32,000 nt of DNA, taken from positions 300,001 to 332,000 of the forward strand of contig OY969931.1 in assembly GCA_963704705.1 (NCBI GenBank), in the 5' to 3' direction. Position numbers and translations under genes: made by a program. This document shows positions 7,887-19,500 of this stretch, one piece after another; the first letter of the stretch is position 1; every line of letters starts with the position of its first letter. Origin of the DNA: an uncultured bacterium. GTDB lineage: Bacteria; Patescibacteriota; Gracilibacteria; UBA1369; PNNO01. The notes beneath the pieces are model-generated. The model had not been told where the DNA came from. It saw only the letters and a program-made list of their open reading frames with translations, and did no database searches.

Positions 7887-9395
7887 TTAAGTACAGTAAG
7901 GAGTATTTGCGAAGTTATTGCAGGCTTCGACCATTTTATCCATTAATTCTTTGATTGATTTAAAATAAATTTTCCATGCATCAAGTTCTTCAATTAAAGT
8001 TTGATATTGTTTGTTTTGAAGTTCGGTTTGCAGAGTTTTAGTACCTGCAACCTGAGACTGAACTGATTCTGCTGTTTTTCCCTGAATTATTTGCGTTGCT
8101 TTATTAATAACCTCCTGAAGAGATCCGTCCGGGCTTGCATTGCTTATAGCTTTACTTGTAGCTCTGTCTTCAACATTTTGATCCGAACCGGTATTAGTGC
8201 CTGTATCAAAATAGTAAGGATTATATTTCTCAAGGAGTGTTTGCCATTCTTTTTCAATATTTAACTTAACGTACATATCGGTATTTGCCTGTTTTGGAGG
8301 AGGAACCGCCATTGTAATAACATTCATATTTGCACCAATATTTGTGAATGAAGACTTACATTTAGGCATTTCAAACAGATTTCCCGAAACTTTGTTTGCT
8401 GTAAGTGGTTTGCTCAGCATCTTATCAAGTTCTTTGTTCATGTTTTGTATATGGCAGAAAATACAATTATCTGTTTTTGAATATACTTTTGAAGCTCCAA
8501 AATCGAATTTTACTTCAATACAGAAGAAAGCCCCATCCGGACATAAATATTTAGCTGGCCAGTCATCAGGCTTTGCCAATGGAAAGCCTGAATCATCAAA
8601 AGTAATACCTGCGTCCTGTTGATTTTCCTGTCCCGCGCCTGCATTTTGTTGATTTTGTTGGTTTTCTTCAAATGCATTTAATGCATTTTCAAGATTATTT
8701 TCATCCGCAAGACAGCTAAGTGCGCTAAATTCATCCTGAATCTCAGTTGTTTGAGTTGGAGTTGTTGATGATGATGGAGTTGTTGTTTGATCTCTACCAA
8801 ATAAGTCGTCGATTACAGCTGCTTCTTCAGGGTCTGTAAAATCAAAATCAGGTGTTTGGAATTTGCCTCCAAACGAGCTTATTGATCCTTCATTAAACAG
8901 AATTACCTCTATTACAGTCAAATCATATAAAATATCAAAGTCTGAGTTTGAAGTATCGCCATCTTTGAATATTTCCGTTGGGCTAACCTTATTAACAAGA
9001 TCACTTCTTAAGTTCTCTGTATCAAGTTTAGTATAATATTCCTGATACATTACTTGATATTTAGTTGTAAGATCCTGGATTCCTTCATCTTTGTTTTTAC
9101 TTAGAATCGGAGATAGATCGCCTTGTGTAATTACTTTATCTACATCATCACTAGATAATTTAAGTTTTTTACCTGCTTCTTTGGCAGCTTTTTTGGCAGG
9201 ATCCACTCCAACTTTTTGATAAATATCCAAATATAAATTCTGAGCAACCGCTTCTTTTGTTGCTTTTTTAGCTTGTGTAATTAATTCATCAATACTTGCA
9301 GGGTTTGAATTGCTTGCAGCATAAGTTGTACTTAGTGCAGCTCCTGCAATAAATAATGTTATAAAAGCCAATATGTAGATAATGATTTTTTTCAT
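7887..9395 (-). CDS. Secreted hypothetical protein with T/S/P and N/Q linkers and a Cys-rich core, C-terminal ...TPYCT (cassette gene 3)
   Basis: Signal peptide MKKIIIYILAFITLFIAGAALSTTYA|A starting at the ATG at 9395 (the ORF track start at 9410 adds MYLVT and would overlap the upstream gene). Low-complexity TTTPSSSTTPTQTTE and ENQQNQQNAGAGQENQQ linkers. Cys cluster CPDGAFFCIEV...NCIFCHIQ. Penultimate Cys. Confidence 0.75.
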   Translation of the reverse strand: MKKIIIYILAFITLFIAGAALSTTYAASNSNPASIDELITQAKKATKEAVAQNLYLDIYQKVGVDPAKKAAKEAGKKLKLSSDDVDKVITQGDLSPILSKNKDEGIQDLTTKYQVMYQEYYTKLDTENLRSDLVNKVSPTEIFKDGDTSNSDFDILYDLTVIEVILFNEGSISSFGGKFQTPDFDFTDPEEAAVIDDLFGRDQTTTPSSSTTPTQTTEIQDEFSALSCLADENNLENALNAFEENQQNQQNAGAGQENQQDAGITFDDSGFPLAKPDDWPAKYLCPDGAFFCIEVKFDFGASKVYSKTDNCIFCHIQNMNKELDKMLSKPLTANKVSGNLFEMPKCKSSFTNIGANMNVITMAVPPPKQANTDMYVKLNIEKEWQTLLEKYNPYYFDTGTNTGSDQNVEDRATSKAISNASPDGSLQEVINKATQIIQGKTAESVQSQVAGTKTLQTELQNKQYQTLIEELDAWKIYFKSIKELMDKMVEACNNFANTPYCT

Positions 9396-9400
9396 AGTTA

Positions 9401-10021
9401 CTAAGTACATTTAGCGGTTGTGGCATCAACGAATTTAGACGGAAGCTTTTCAATCTCCTGTCTTAATTCGGATAGCTTTTTGTTATATTTTGTTAAAGCT
9501 TCAATTAATTTTTCAAATTTTTCGTGCATTCTATAGGTAGGCAGGATTTCATTGTAAGTATCCAAAGCCATATCTAATGCCTTTTTGGCTTGCGTTAACT
9601 CATTATCAATAGTTAAAGTCTGGCTTGCAGATAAAATCCCGATCTTTGCTAAACCTTCTTCCTGTCCCATTGAAACTGTTTGTTTTCTTTTTCTTAGTGC
9701 TTCCGCGTATTTTTCATATTCGTCGGCAACTGCTATTGAAAGACAGAATGTTGAGTAATTGTTCTCGCTGCATTCGTCTGCCGTAGGTATTTTTGTTGTA
9801 CCAGAACCTTTATCTCCTTGTTTTAACAATTTTAGTTTTGAATTGAATATGTCATTTATTCGTTTATGGTAAAGCACTTTAACTTCTTCGAAAGTTAATT
9901 GTTCTTTGTCGTATTGATTAATTGTTGCTGCCTGAAGCGTTCCGTAGAACAATCCTGATGCCAAAATTAATACTGCAAGTACGAGTGTAAGTCCGAATTT
10001 TATTTTTTGTTTTTGTATCAT
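9401..10021 (-). CDS. Secreted or anchored helical hypothetical protein, C-terminal ...TAKCT (cassette gene 2)
   Basis: 206 aa with an N-terminal hydrophobic signal, MIQKQKIKFGLTLVLAVLILASGLFYGTLQA|A, and a coiled-coil-like remainder. The start overlaps the upstream stop as ATGA (10018-10021). Penultimate Cys. Confidence 0.75.
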   Translation of the reverse strand: MIQKQKIKFGLTLVLAVLILASGLFYGTLQAATINQYDKEQLTFEEVKVLYHKRINDIFNSKLKLLKQGDKGSGTTKIPTADECSENNYSTFCLSIAVADEYEKYAEALRKRKQTVSMGQEEGLAKIGILSASQTLTIDNELTQAKKALDMALDTYNEILPTYRMHEKFEKLIEALTKYNKKLSELRQEIEKLPSKFVDATTAKCT

Positions 10022-10551
10022 ACGCAGTTTTTAATAAAACAAGGTACGCGGCCTTTTAATGTTAGCCATTTACCATAAAGCTGCATAACAGCTTTAAACA
10101 TTTCATCCATTTTTTTATTTATTGCTTTAAGTTTTTCCATTACTGCTGAAGTTGTTTTTACGTTTGAAGTCTGTTCAAAATAACTCCTTAATTGTTTTTC
10201 CATAAGGTTAATTTCGCTGGTTACCATCTGGCTGCATTTAAGTTTTTGTGCAGCTGTTCCAAAAAGTTCAAAATTGTCTTCAGGTAAATATTCATTATAT
10301 TTTTGATAAAGATCTTTTTTATATACATCGAATCTCTTTAAAGCCAAATCAAGCAAAGAAGAATTAGTTTTTTTGCTTTGAAAATGTTCCTGCATATAAG
10401 TTCTCATTTCCGCGCTTTTCTGCTCAAGGAAAGGTTTCATGTTTGCTACACAATTATTGTCGGCATCCGCTGCAAAAGCAGTTGGAAGTCCTCCCGCAAA
10501 AATCGAGAAACTTATTAATATTGCCAATATTTTTTTAAGTTTATGGTTCAT
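10018..10551 (-). CDS. Secreted helical hypothetical protein, C-terminal ...IKNCV (cassette gene 1)
   Basis: 177 aa with signal peptide MNHKLKKILAILISFSIFAGGLPTAFA|A and a helical K/E-rich body. Its ATG (10549-10551) lies inside the last codons of the giant ORF (11-nt overlap in a different frame). Penultimate Cys. Confidence 0.75.
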   Translation of the reverse strand: MNHKLKKILAILISFSIFAGGLPTAFAADADNNCVANMKPFLEQKSAEMRTYMQEHFQSKKTNSSLLDLALKRFDVYKKDLYQKYNEYLPEDNFELFGTAAQKLKCSQMVTSEINLMEKQLRSYFEQTSNVKTTSAVMEKLKAINKKMDEMFKAVMQLYGKWLTLKGRVPCFIKNCV

Positions 10552-13500
10552 ATTTAAAGGTTAATTCGTTACTTTTTGAGAAAATCGTAGACAAGTCGCC
10601 ATTCGCAATAACAGCAAACAGAATGTCGCCTATAATTAAATCCGCCTTATGATCAAGCGCAGAAAGACATGGACATGAATTGCAATCATTCTCGACAACA
10701 TACACTCCTTCATCTAAATTCTGTCTTGGATCAAAGCCTCCTTCTTCTATTCTTCCAGTTGTAATAAGCTCGTCATCCTGAGGATAGTCCACAGGATTTG
10801 TTCCTCGTTCAACTTCAACACCATCATATGTGCCTCCATCATCAGTGTCAGGATCAAAAGGATCGGTTCCGAATCTGTATTCATCCAAATTACTTAAGCC
10901 GTCTCCATCAGGATCAAGTCCCGCATCATTTGGATCATTCGGATCAAGACCATTTTGAATTTCCCATATATCCGGCATTCCATCACCATCAGTATCGATT
11001 ATGTAACAATCAAACGCCTGCAGTACTCTGTCCGCTATTGCTGCGAACTCAGCACGTGTTAATAATTTATTAGGCTGCGAAGCTTCACTTGGAGTGAGAA
11101 TATAAGTTTCTTTTACCTCGCTTTCTTTAAGAAGGCGAGGGGATATATCAACCGCAATATTCATATATGGAACATACCATGCCTGATCTTTTGAAGGCTG
11201 AACATCAGCCAGGCTTATTATTCCCTGTTTTTCAAGAGCTTCCAAAACAATCTTTACTGCTTCAGCTCTTGTAATTGTTGCTTCCGGTTTATAAGGGTTC
11301 AAACCTGATTCCTGGTCGATCTCACCAACATAACCTGTAACAAAGCCCTGTAATGTAGCTTCTTTAATAACAGGATAATAATAATTATTCTCATCAAACG
11401 GCATGTCAGAATAAAGATTAGGTTCTTCATGTGCTTCCGGCCTAGGAATAATACAAAGCATTTTCAGGATAATATCAGCAAAATCTTTTCTTGCAATAAA
11501 TTTGTCAGGATTAAAATCATATTTACCGTCAACTATTTCTCCCATTAAAATATTTTTTTGTGAAAGATTTACAATTGAATCATAATAAGGGTGATCTTCA
11601 GGTACGTCATCAAATGGCGAGCCAGCAGCTTTATTTGGATTTTTACCCCAGCTGACTTCATCACCGTCACTAAATCCATCACCGTCAGTATCAGGATTAA
11701 GGGGATTAATTCCAAGCCTGAATTCTTCTAGATTTGAAAGTCCGTCTCCATCAGAATCCAAGTTGGCATCATCTGGATTTCGCGCATCAAAGCCGTATTG
11801 CAATTCAAAATTATCACTCATTCCATCACCATCAAGATCGCTTGTACTAATTTCTTTAGGAAGACCGATTTGATCCCGACTCACAATTTCCGCTTGTTTG
11901 CCGTTATTAATTGAGATAAATACTTCCGCGATAACATTTGAATCATAAAGCATTTCAATTACAAGGGGTTCGTTTGTGTCAGTTACAGGTTTAAGTCTTA
12001 AATCAAGTTTATCATCAAAGAAGTAAATGTTTCCGCCTGAATCAACAATTGAAACTCTCGAATCAGAGCTTGTATCTCTTATTTCCGCACCACCGGTAAA
12101 GTTGGGATCGTCAGCAGGCAGACTGCTAATTTCAAATTGATCGTTTGGATTTGTATCTTTAATATGTGTACCTTCAAGTTCGAATATTGAACCAATATCA
12201 AAATTAAAATCGCTATTGTGAATTGTTACATCAGTATTTAAATCAGGAATCAGCAAAACAGTGGTCATTATTTCGTTTGTTGATTTTTCAATTACAACCA
12301 TTCTGGTTGGCATACTTGGGAATGTTGCTTCATAAACATCCACATAATAATTTTCATCTAGAATTATTATTCTTCCGGTATATGTATCGATTTCAGCTAC
12401 AACCTTGCCATCAACATTTTTAACTAAAATCGCATCATTGTAATTTAAGCCGTCAACTCTGAAATTACCTTCTTCGTCAGTTGTCGTTTCTGCAATCTTA
12501 CTGACTGCACCATCACGTTTTCTAACAAGAGTAATTGGAATATCCTGTGCCACAGGATCAATTGAACCAGTAATTAATTCGCTTGTAGCTGATGATTCAT
12601 TAAGAGTGATATCAGGCGCAACAACTTCAATGTTAATTATTTGTTTACCGATATTTCCTGATTCATCCACTGCATTAAGACCATATTGAACAGTACCGAG
12701 TTTTTCAAAAGGACCGATCAGAAATATTGGGTGACTCGGGATTGAATTCATGTAGTCGTTATCATTTGCCGGATCACCATCGTTATCTGAATCTTCTTTA
12801 ATATTTGTATCAATATAGAATTGTTTAATTTTTCCGTTTGTATCAAAAGATTTTGAAGCATCCAGCCGTAACGTCTGCATAACAATCACCTGTTTATCGG
12901 ATGGGCCGGCTTCCACAAATGGCTTTTGATCATCAGAACAAATCTGAGGTGCAAATATTTTTGTTTCAGTTGGATTGCCTTTTTTGCCATTATTGCCGAT
13001 CGCATATATTTGAGAATAATAATTTCCTTCTTCTGATTGAAGGTTAATAAATGGATTGTTCGGATCAGTAAGTTCAATTATTTTAAGCGAATCTTCAGGT
13101 CCGAGAATTGTTTTCGCACCATTAGCAAAAGTGATTTCCATTGTTCCGCTTTGCATTTGAATTGTTTCATTGAACTGTAAAAGCATTCCTCGTTCAGCTG
13201 ATGTTTCGTTTATAAGTTCATCAGTCGGAGTAATAAGTTCAACTTTTCCGCTTGTAACCTGGATTTCAATATCGTCTGTGTATTTTTGTGAAACCGGTAT
13301 TGTTCTGTTTGCGGATATTTCAAGATTTTGCTGAACTCCTTCTTCAGGGTAAATTATCATTTTCGAGTCTTCCATTGTATGAATTATCTGTCCTTTTTGT
13401 AGAATTTGTCTGCCTGAACCTGAATTTAGGATTTGTCTGGACATGCCTTTTAATGTCGCTTGTCCACTGAAATTTGATATATACGCAAGTCCGTCAGCTA

Positions 13501-16500
13501 CTGTTGATCCAAAGAAATATGAATTTTTAAGCGGTTCAACTGTGTCTCCATTTTTAAATATCATTTTTACATCGGCGTCTTCGTTTATTGTGCTTGAATT
13601 TTCCTGTAAAAACATATTGGTAAAGAAGTTGCTTCTGAATTCCGCGCGCCCCGTAACTACTGTGACTTCAAAGTCACCCGGTGTATAGTCAGGTAACTTA
13701 ATAATTGTATCAGGTCCAAGGAATATCTGGCTCGAATCAGAGAAACTGATTGCAACTTGAGTATTAGGATCCGAACCTGTTTCTATTGAATCTCCGAAAT
13801 TATAAAGTTCCGATGATTCACCATTAACAGTATAAGTTCCTTCCACAGCTGTAATCTCGAGGTCTTGTTTAATTCTACCTACCGTAATAGTTTGTTCTTT
13901 GTTTTCAATAACAACAATTTTATCCGAAGGGGTATAATCAGTTGAATCAAAATCAGCCAGGCTATCTTTATTAACAATCTCATAACCGGATATAGAACCT
14001 TCACTTAAGCCCTGCCAGTCAAAGTCACCTTCGGTTCCCACATCATAAGTAACATTGTAATTATTTACTGTTGGAGCCTCCGGAATATAATCATCTAAAT
14101 TTGCCACTTTTGCATTTTGTGAATTGTACTTAACAAATTCACTTGCAGGAGGTTTAGTGTAATTTTCTTTTAAATATACATTTCCGCCATAAGAATAAAT
14201 AATATCTTCATCTTCGTCTTTATCAATATCAGCAATAATTGAATTGTTTGGAAGACCAATCTCGCCTTCATACATTAGGATTCTTTCATTTACTCCTGTT
14301 GCAGGATTAAAGACATACAATCCTGTAAGTTCTGTTTGTCCGTCAGGATTTGTCACCTGCTCTTCACTAATTACATTTGGAGAAATAGCATTTGTATTTA
14401 AAGCTATAAGTCTCGCTGTATTTTTTATTCCTTCAAAAGATTCACTTTCGGTTTTCTTTTTAATGCTTAACGGTACAGGCTCAGCTGAAGCGGTTTGTCT
14501 TGTTTTAATATAATCATTTAATCTCGGAGCATTATCTGCAAGTGCAACTAAGCGGTCATAATCTTCTCCAACCGACTGACTGAATAATTGGTCGCTATCA
14601 GTATATGCAATTAATGCATCGCGTAAATTAGTATGATAATTAGTTGCCATTTCCGGAGGAAGATCTTCATTTTCAATGGAAGTTTTAATTTCTTCATAAG
14701 AACTATTTAAAGCATCTGGATTAATATAACTTTGTGTTGCGACAAGTTTAATCGGGTCAGGATTATAAGCCTGCGGACTTGGAATTTCAGGTACGGCAGG
14801 CACTTCTGGTATTGATGGGATCTCAGGAGTAGGTATTTCTATTTCTGAAATAGCCTGAGAAATTTCAGCGGAAACTTTACTCAAATCAGTTGCAATGCCA
14901 TTCCACGCTTTTGCAACTTCTTCGATCGACTTATAAATTGAATCTGTTTCGAGCCTTAAATCAACCTTTAGGTTTAATTTGATTTTATCAATCGAAGGAA
15001 TATTAACTGCGGGAGATTGTACGCTGAACAATGTATCTATTGGCAAAGACGTACTGCTTGAACGCGCTGTAGCAGCTTCTATATGCGATTTCAAATTTGA
15101 AACAGGAATTGGCAGTAAGTTTTTTTTCAATAAACACATTATTTTAATTGCAACTGAAAGACCATCCAAAGCAGTATCTATATTTGATGAAAGCTCAGGA
15201 ATTTTTGGCGGATCAGGTAAGTCAGGCAATTGTGGCAAAGGCATTGGCGGCAAGTCAGGCAATTCAGGGAATTCTGGAATCTCAGGTAGTTCAGGAATTG
15301 AAACACTTAACACCGAAGAAGCATTTTTAATAATATCCAGATTTTGTTCAATTTGTTTTAAAATATTTTCAACTTCTGGTGGCAGTGGAACACCCGGCTG
15401 AGTCGGCAATTGCGGAAGCGTTGGGAAGGTCGGCAATTGGAAATCAGGCAATTTTGGCATTATTATTTGTTCCTTTTTAAACTGAATATCAGGAAGCACA
15501 ACTTTTAATCCAAGTTGAATCTGAGAGAAGTCAAAATGGAAATCCGGCCACTTAGGAAATTGAATTATAGGTGGCTGTGGTATTGCGCCGGTGAACAATT
15601 GCGCAAGCAGCTGCATCAAACTGTATCTTTCAGTTTTACAGCTATCGCAAGTCTTCATATAGTCGGACATGAGTTTACTAATTTTTTGCCATGTTTTAAG
15701 CAGATTTTTTATGTCTAAAGTAACCTTTTGCCATCCATTAATTTTGCTGACCTGTTTTTTAAAGTATCCGCCCATGTAAGTAACAATAGTGTCGAGGTAG
15801 CAAATTAATTGTTTAATGTATTTTGTTTTAACATTTTTCCATTCCAGAATTTTAGCCGGTAGTTTTTTATATTCTTCTAAAAGCTTAAGATTTTTTTCAA
15901 CGCTTGCGATTGGTTTTTCGATTGAAGCAAACGCAGACAAACATTTATTTTTTAATTCAGGCTTAAGATCACACGGTATTTTTAATTGAACTTTTAATTG
16001 TTGTAATTGAATTTTCGCTTTAGCCAGCCAGTTTTGAAGTTCCGCCTGTAATTTTGGAATTTCTGCTGCAGATAAAGCAGGTATTTTCATTTGAATTGAT
16101 TTGACTTCAAGATCAATTAAAGGAAGTTTATTCACATATGTAAGAACATCCTGGAATGTTTTAAAGTTAGCTGTAGGAGGAGTTTCAGAAACAAATGAAC
16201 TTGGGTTCGGATAATAAACATATAAATCAGGCAGATCCGATAATTTAACCATAATTTCCTCAATCTGTTTTGCGAACCAATCCGTTATAACGCCAGGGAA
16301 GCCAGGTACTTTTTTATTTGTATTTGAAGAACCACTCGGTTTATATCCGCCAAGCAAAGAGGTCCCGGTTAATCCGCCATTGCCTTCTCTTGGATTAATT
16401 GAGCCTGAACTGCCTCCACCGCCGCTCAATAAACTTGTACCGCTTGCTGAACTTATTACATTAGTTGCTTTAGCCATTGCGCTTTCAAAAGCTTCTGAAA

Positions 16501-19500
16501 TGGCTTGGCAGGCTTCAGGAGGAAGTAAAGGAATAATTAGACTCCAACATTGACCAGCAATACAAACCGAATTAGCAAGATGAGCAGTAAGAGTTGGACT
16601 TAAATAAATTGTAACAGGTCCATAAACAAATACTGGGGTTCCCGGGTCAGCTCCAGCCGGTGTTCCCATAACATTTATAGGTCCCGGAGCCAAGAATGCC
16701 ATATTAATTGGAGTTGGAATACAGCCTCCTTTACAACTGAATGTATCAATTATTTTGCTTATTTCATCAGCTACATTATCAACAGCCCCATTTACTTCAT
16801 CCCAGGCATTTGGTACACCATCACCATCTGCATCACCTTCATTAAGATCTTTAGCCATATCTTCGATTTCACTTGGCAGACTATCTGCAATACCATCACC
16901 ATTTGCATCTTCAATTCCAAAAGGTAAATCAGGTTTCTGTGCTTGTGCAGGGTCAGTTACATACCTGCTATAGCTCATTCTGCCTGTTTCCTGATCTTTT
17001 GAAACAGAATATAAGAATAAATTTTTACCTGAATTGTTATTTGATGGATTAGCGCTTATATCAAGGAATCCATCTTTAGGGAAGTTAGCGTCAAAATTAG
17101 AATTAAGGTCTAAAGCAATTTCAGGAACATTAATTACATTCATTTCATAAGTTATAAGTCTGCTTTCACCTGAAGGTATTGAAGGGATAGTCACAGCCCA
17201 TGGTCTTAAGCTCATACCAGTATCAATAACCTGAATGTCCTGATTACAATTTATACATTTTAAACTGTCTGGATTAAATTCAAGTGTATCGGTTATAAAA
17301 TCACTTAACATTAAATTATTTATTTCATTCGGACTGTTATTAAACAGAGTTATCGTGTAGACAATTTTATCGCCCATTGCCAGTGTGGATCCGTTTATAT
17401 CAACGGCTTTCTTTGAGCTGTCCGTACTTCCGAAAATTGGATCAGCATCCATATAAATAAATGGAACTTCTTCCTGTGCCGCAAAAACCGCTGGGTCGGC
17501 ACCAAGAGCTTCAAGTTGTGCCTGTGTTGCCGCATCAACAAATTCGTTATTTGAAGCGGATCCGGATTTCATTGTAATAGACTGGAAATTAAAGTCGTCA
17601 TCAAGATATGGAATTTTTTTTCCTTCCGAATCCAATACAAAGTTACCATTCGCATCAATAACATATTCAAGCTCTACTGGCATTCCATCATAATGAATAA
17701 GAACTTCATTTTTGAAATCACTACTGCCATCGATGCTCATTCCAAGGTTTTCTACAATTTGTCCGTTTGTATCAATTACCCCTTCGTTGTTGTAATAAAT
17801 TTTTATATTTCCTGAAAGCTCGGCAAGAACAATATCTACATACCCATCATTGTTCATATCACCGATCTTTATACTTGAGACTTTGTCATCCAAATCAAGA
17901 TCCAAGTGAGTTCTTGTAAAATTGCCTTCGTGATTTTCATATAAATAGAAACAAACTTCATCTCCCACACAAGGATCTTTTGTTGAAACAAGCAAATCAT
18001 CATATCCGTCATTATTAAAGTCGGCCGAGGCAATACTGTAGATGCCATTTGTTATGTCCAGAAGAAGACCTTTATCTTTATAAGGCCTTGCTGAAAGCTG
18101 CCTTTGTAGAAGTCTGACTTCGCCACTTTCGTAGGCCAGAATAATGTCATCAAGACTATCGTTATTGTAATCAGAAAGTACCATTTCCTTTATTGTATCG
18201 TCACCGGAATATAAAGGTTGTCCAATGTCTTTTGTGTAACCTGCTGAAGTAATTTGGTTCTTTAAGCCAAGTCTTACAGTAGGGTCGCCAAGATTAATTC
18301 CAATGTCAGTTGCGTATGGGATGTTAGAAACCCCCACGCTGTTGCCGCCCGCAAAGAATAATGAATGTTTGTTGTCACCATCTAAGCCAACTCCCATTAC
18401 ATCGTTTATTTTTTCGAGTGATGTATACGAGAATCCAGGGGCACTTGAACCAACAACTTTCAAGTTTTTATCGCTTATTAATACACCTTTTGGTTCTTTT
18501 GTTGATGATCCTGCTACTGTTTGAGAAACAATGTAATCATCAGAAAGCTTTTTTACAAAAATTCCATTAGATGTTATCGCAGAATTGATTTTGGCATCAG
18601 TATTTAAGTTTTTCGCATAAATAATTTCAGCGATTTTTTCATCAGCATATAAAACATCAAGCACAAGGAATGAACTTTCAGTATCACTTAATTTAATTTC
18701 CATTAAATTATCAGATACTTTCAATTTCCCTCCGCTTGAGATTCTAAGTCCTTCATTTCCGTTAACAGTTATTCCTGCTGCATCGCTTAGTTCAACAAAT
18801 TTAAACATCTCATCTTCAGTTTGTTTTATTAAATATATTCCTTCCTGCAGCATTTCTGTATTTGCGAAATCAACAATGTTTATTGGCATGCCTCCCGGAT
18901 ATTCATAAGTTACCTCTGCAACATCCTGACCAGTTTCCGGATTGCTTATAATAACGCTATTTGGAGCATTGAAACTTGATTCAAGTGAACTGTCGCCAGT
19001 CATACTTATTCCGCCATTTGCGTCTATTGTAGCCAAAGGCATATTTGGATTTGCGTCCACTGTTAATGCTGTAACAGCCTGAACATTACCTTTAAATAAA
19101 ATTTCTCCTGCCGCATACTTTTCCTGCGTTGGGTCACCAAATGGGCCTCCAAGCATTGTTCCATATAAAGCATCGGGATAATCACCAACAATATCTTCTG
19201 AACTTATTTTAGTAAGCGGATATAAATTTATAGTACCCGAAGTCAGCCCAGGACTTGAGGCCACCAGGTGAACTTCACCTGAAATTCCTTTGCCTGCAAT
19301 TGTAACTTCAGCCTTCCCTTTGTTGACGATTGCAGAAGCATCTGAAGTGATCTCTCCGTATTTCGAAGTTTCATCAGTAATTCTGAATGTTAAAGGTGTT
19401 TGATTGTCGAATTCAACAAAATTTCCATTCATATCATAAATTTTCGCAGTTACTGTAGTGCTGTCGTTGCTTGAATTAAATGTGTCCGAATCTGTTTCCA

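Noticed and set aside
14979-15401. 140-aa plus-strand ORF with a Gly/Ser-rich repeat (GGSGKSGNCGKGIGGKSGNSGNSGISGSSG), plus the many other 60-112-aa plus-strand ORFs inside 10.8-24.8 kb, e.g. 10798-11073 (His-rich) and 22810-23148
   Set aside because: All lie antisense to the 4,964-codon ORF. Their odd compositions are mirror images of sense-strand repeats: Pro-rich PELPEIPE codons give Gly/Ser, and Asp-rich GAT/GAC codons give His/Gln/Ile. No independent start context or motif supports them.
17614-17621. A8/T8 homopolymer tracts inside coding regions (17614-17621 and 15120-15127 in the giant gene, 30669-30676 in the PilN-like gene) as slipped-strand phase-variation switches
   Set aside because: Runs of 7-8 A/T are expected in Lys/Phe/Asn-rich coding sequence of an AT-rich genome. 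All are currently in frame. Without population read data there is no evidence of length variation.
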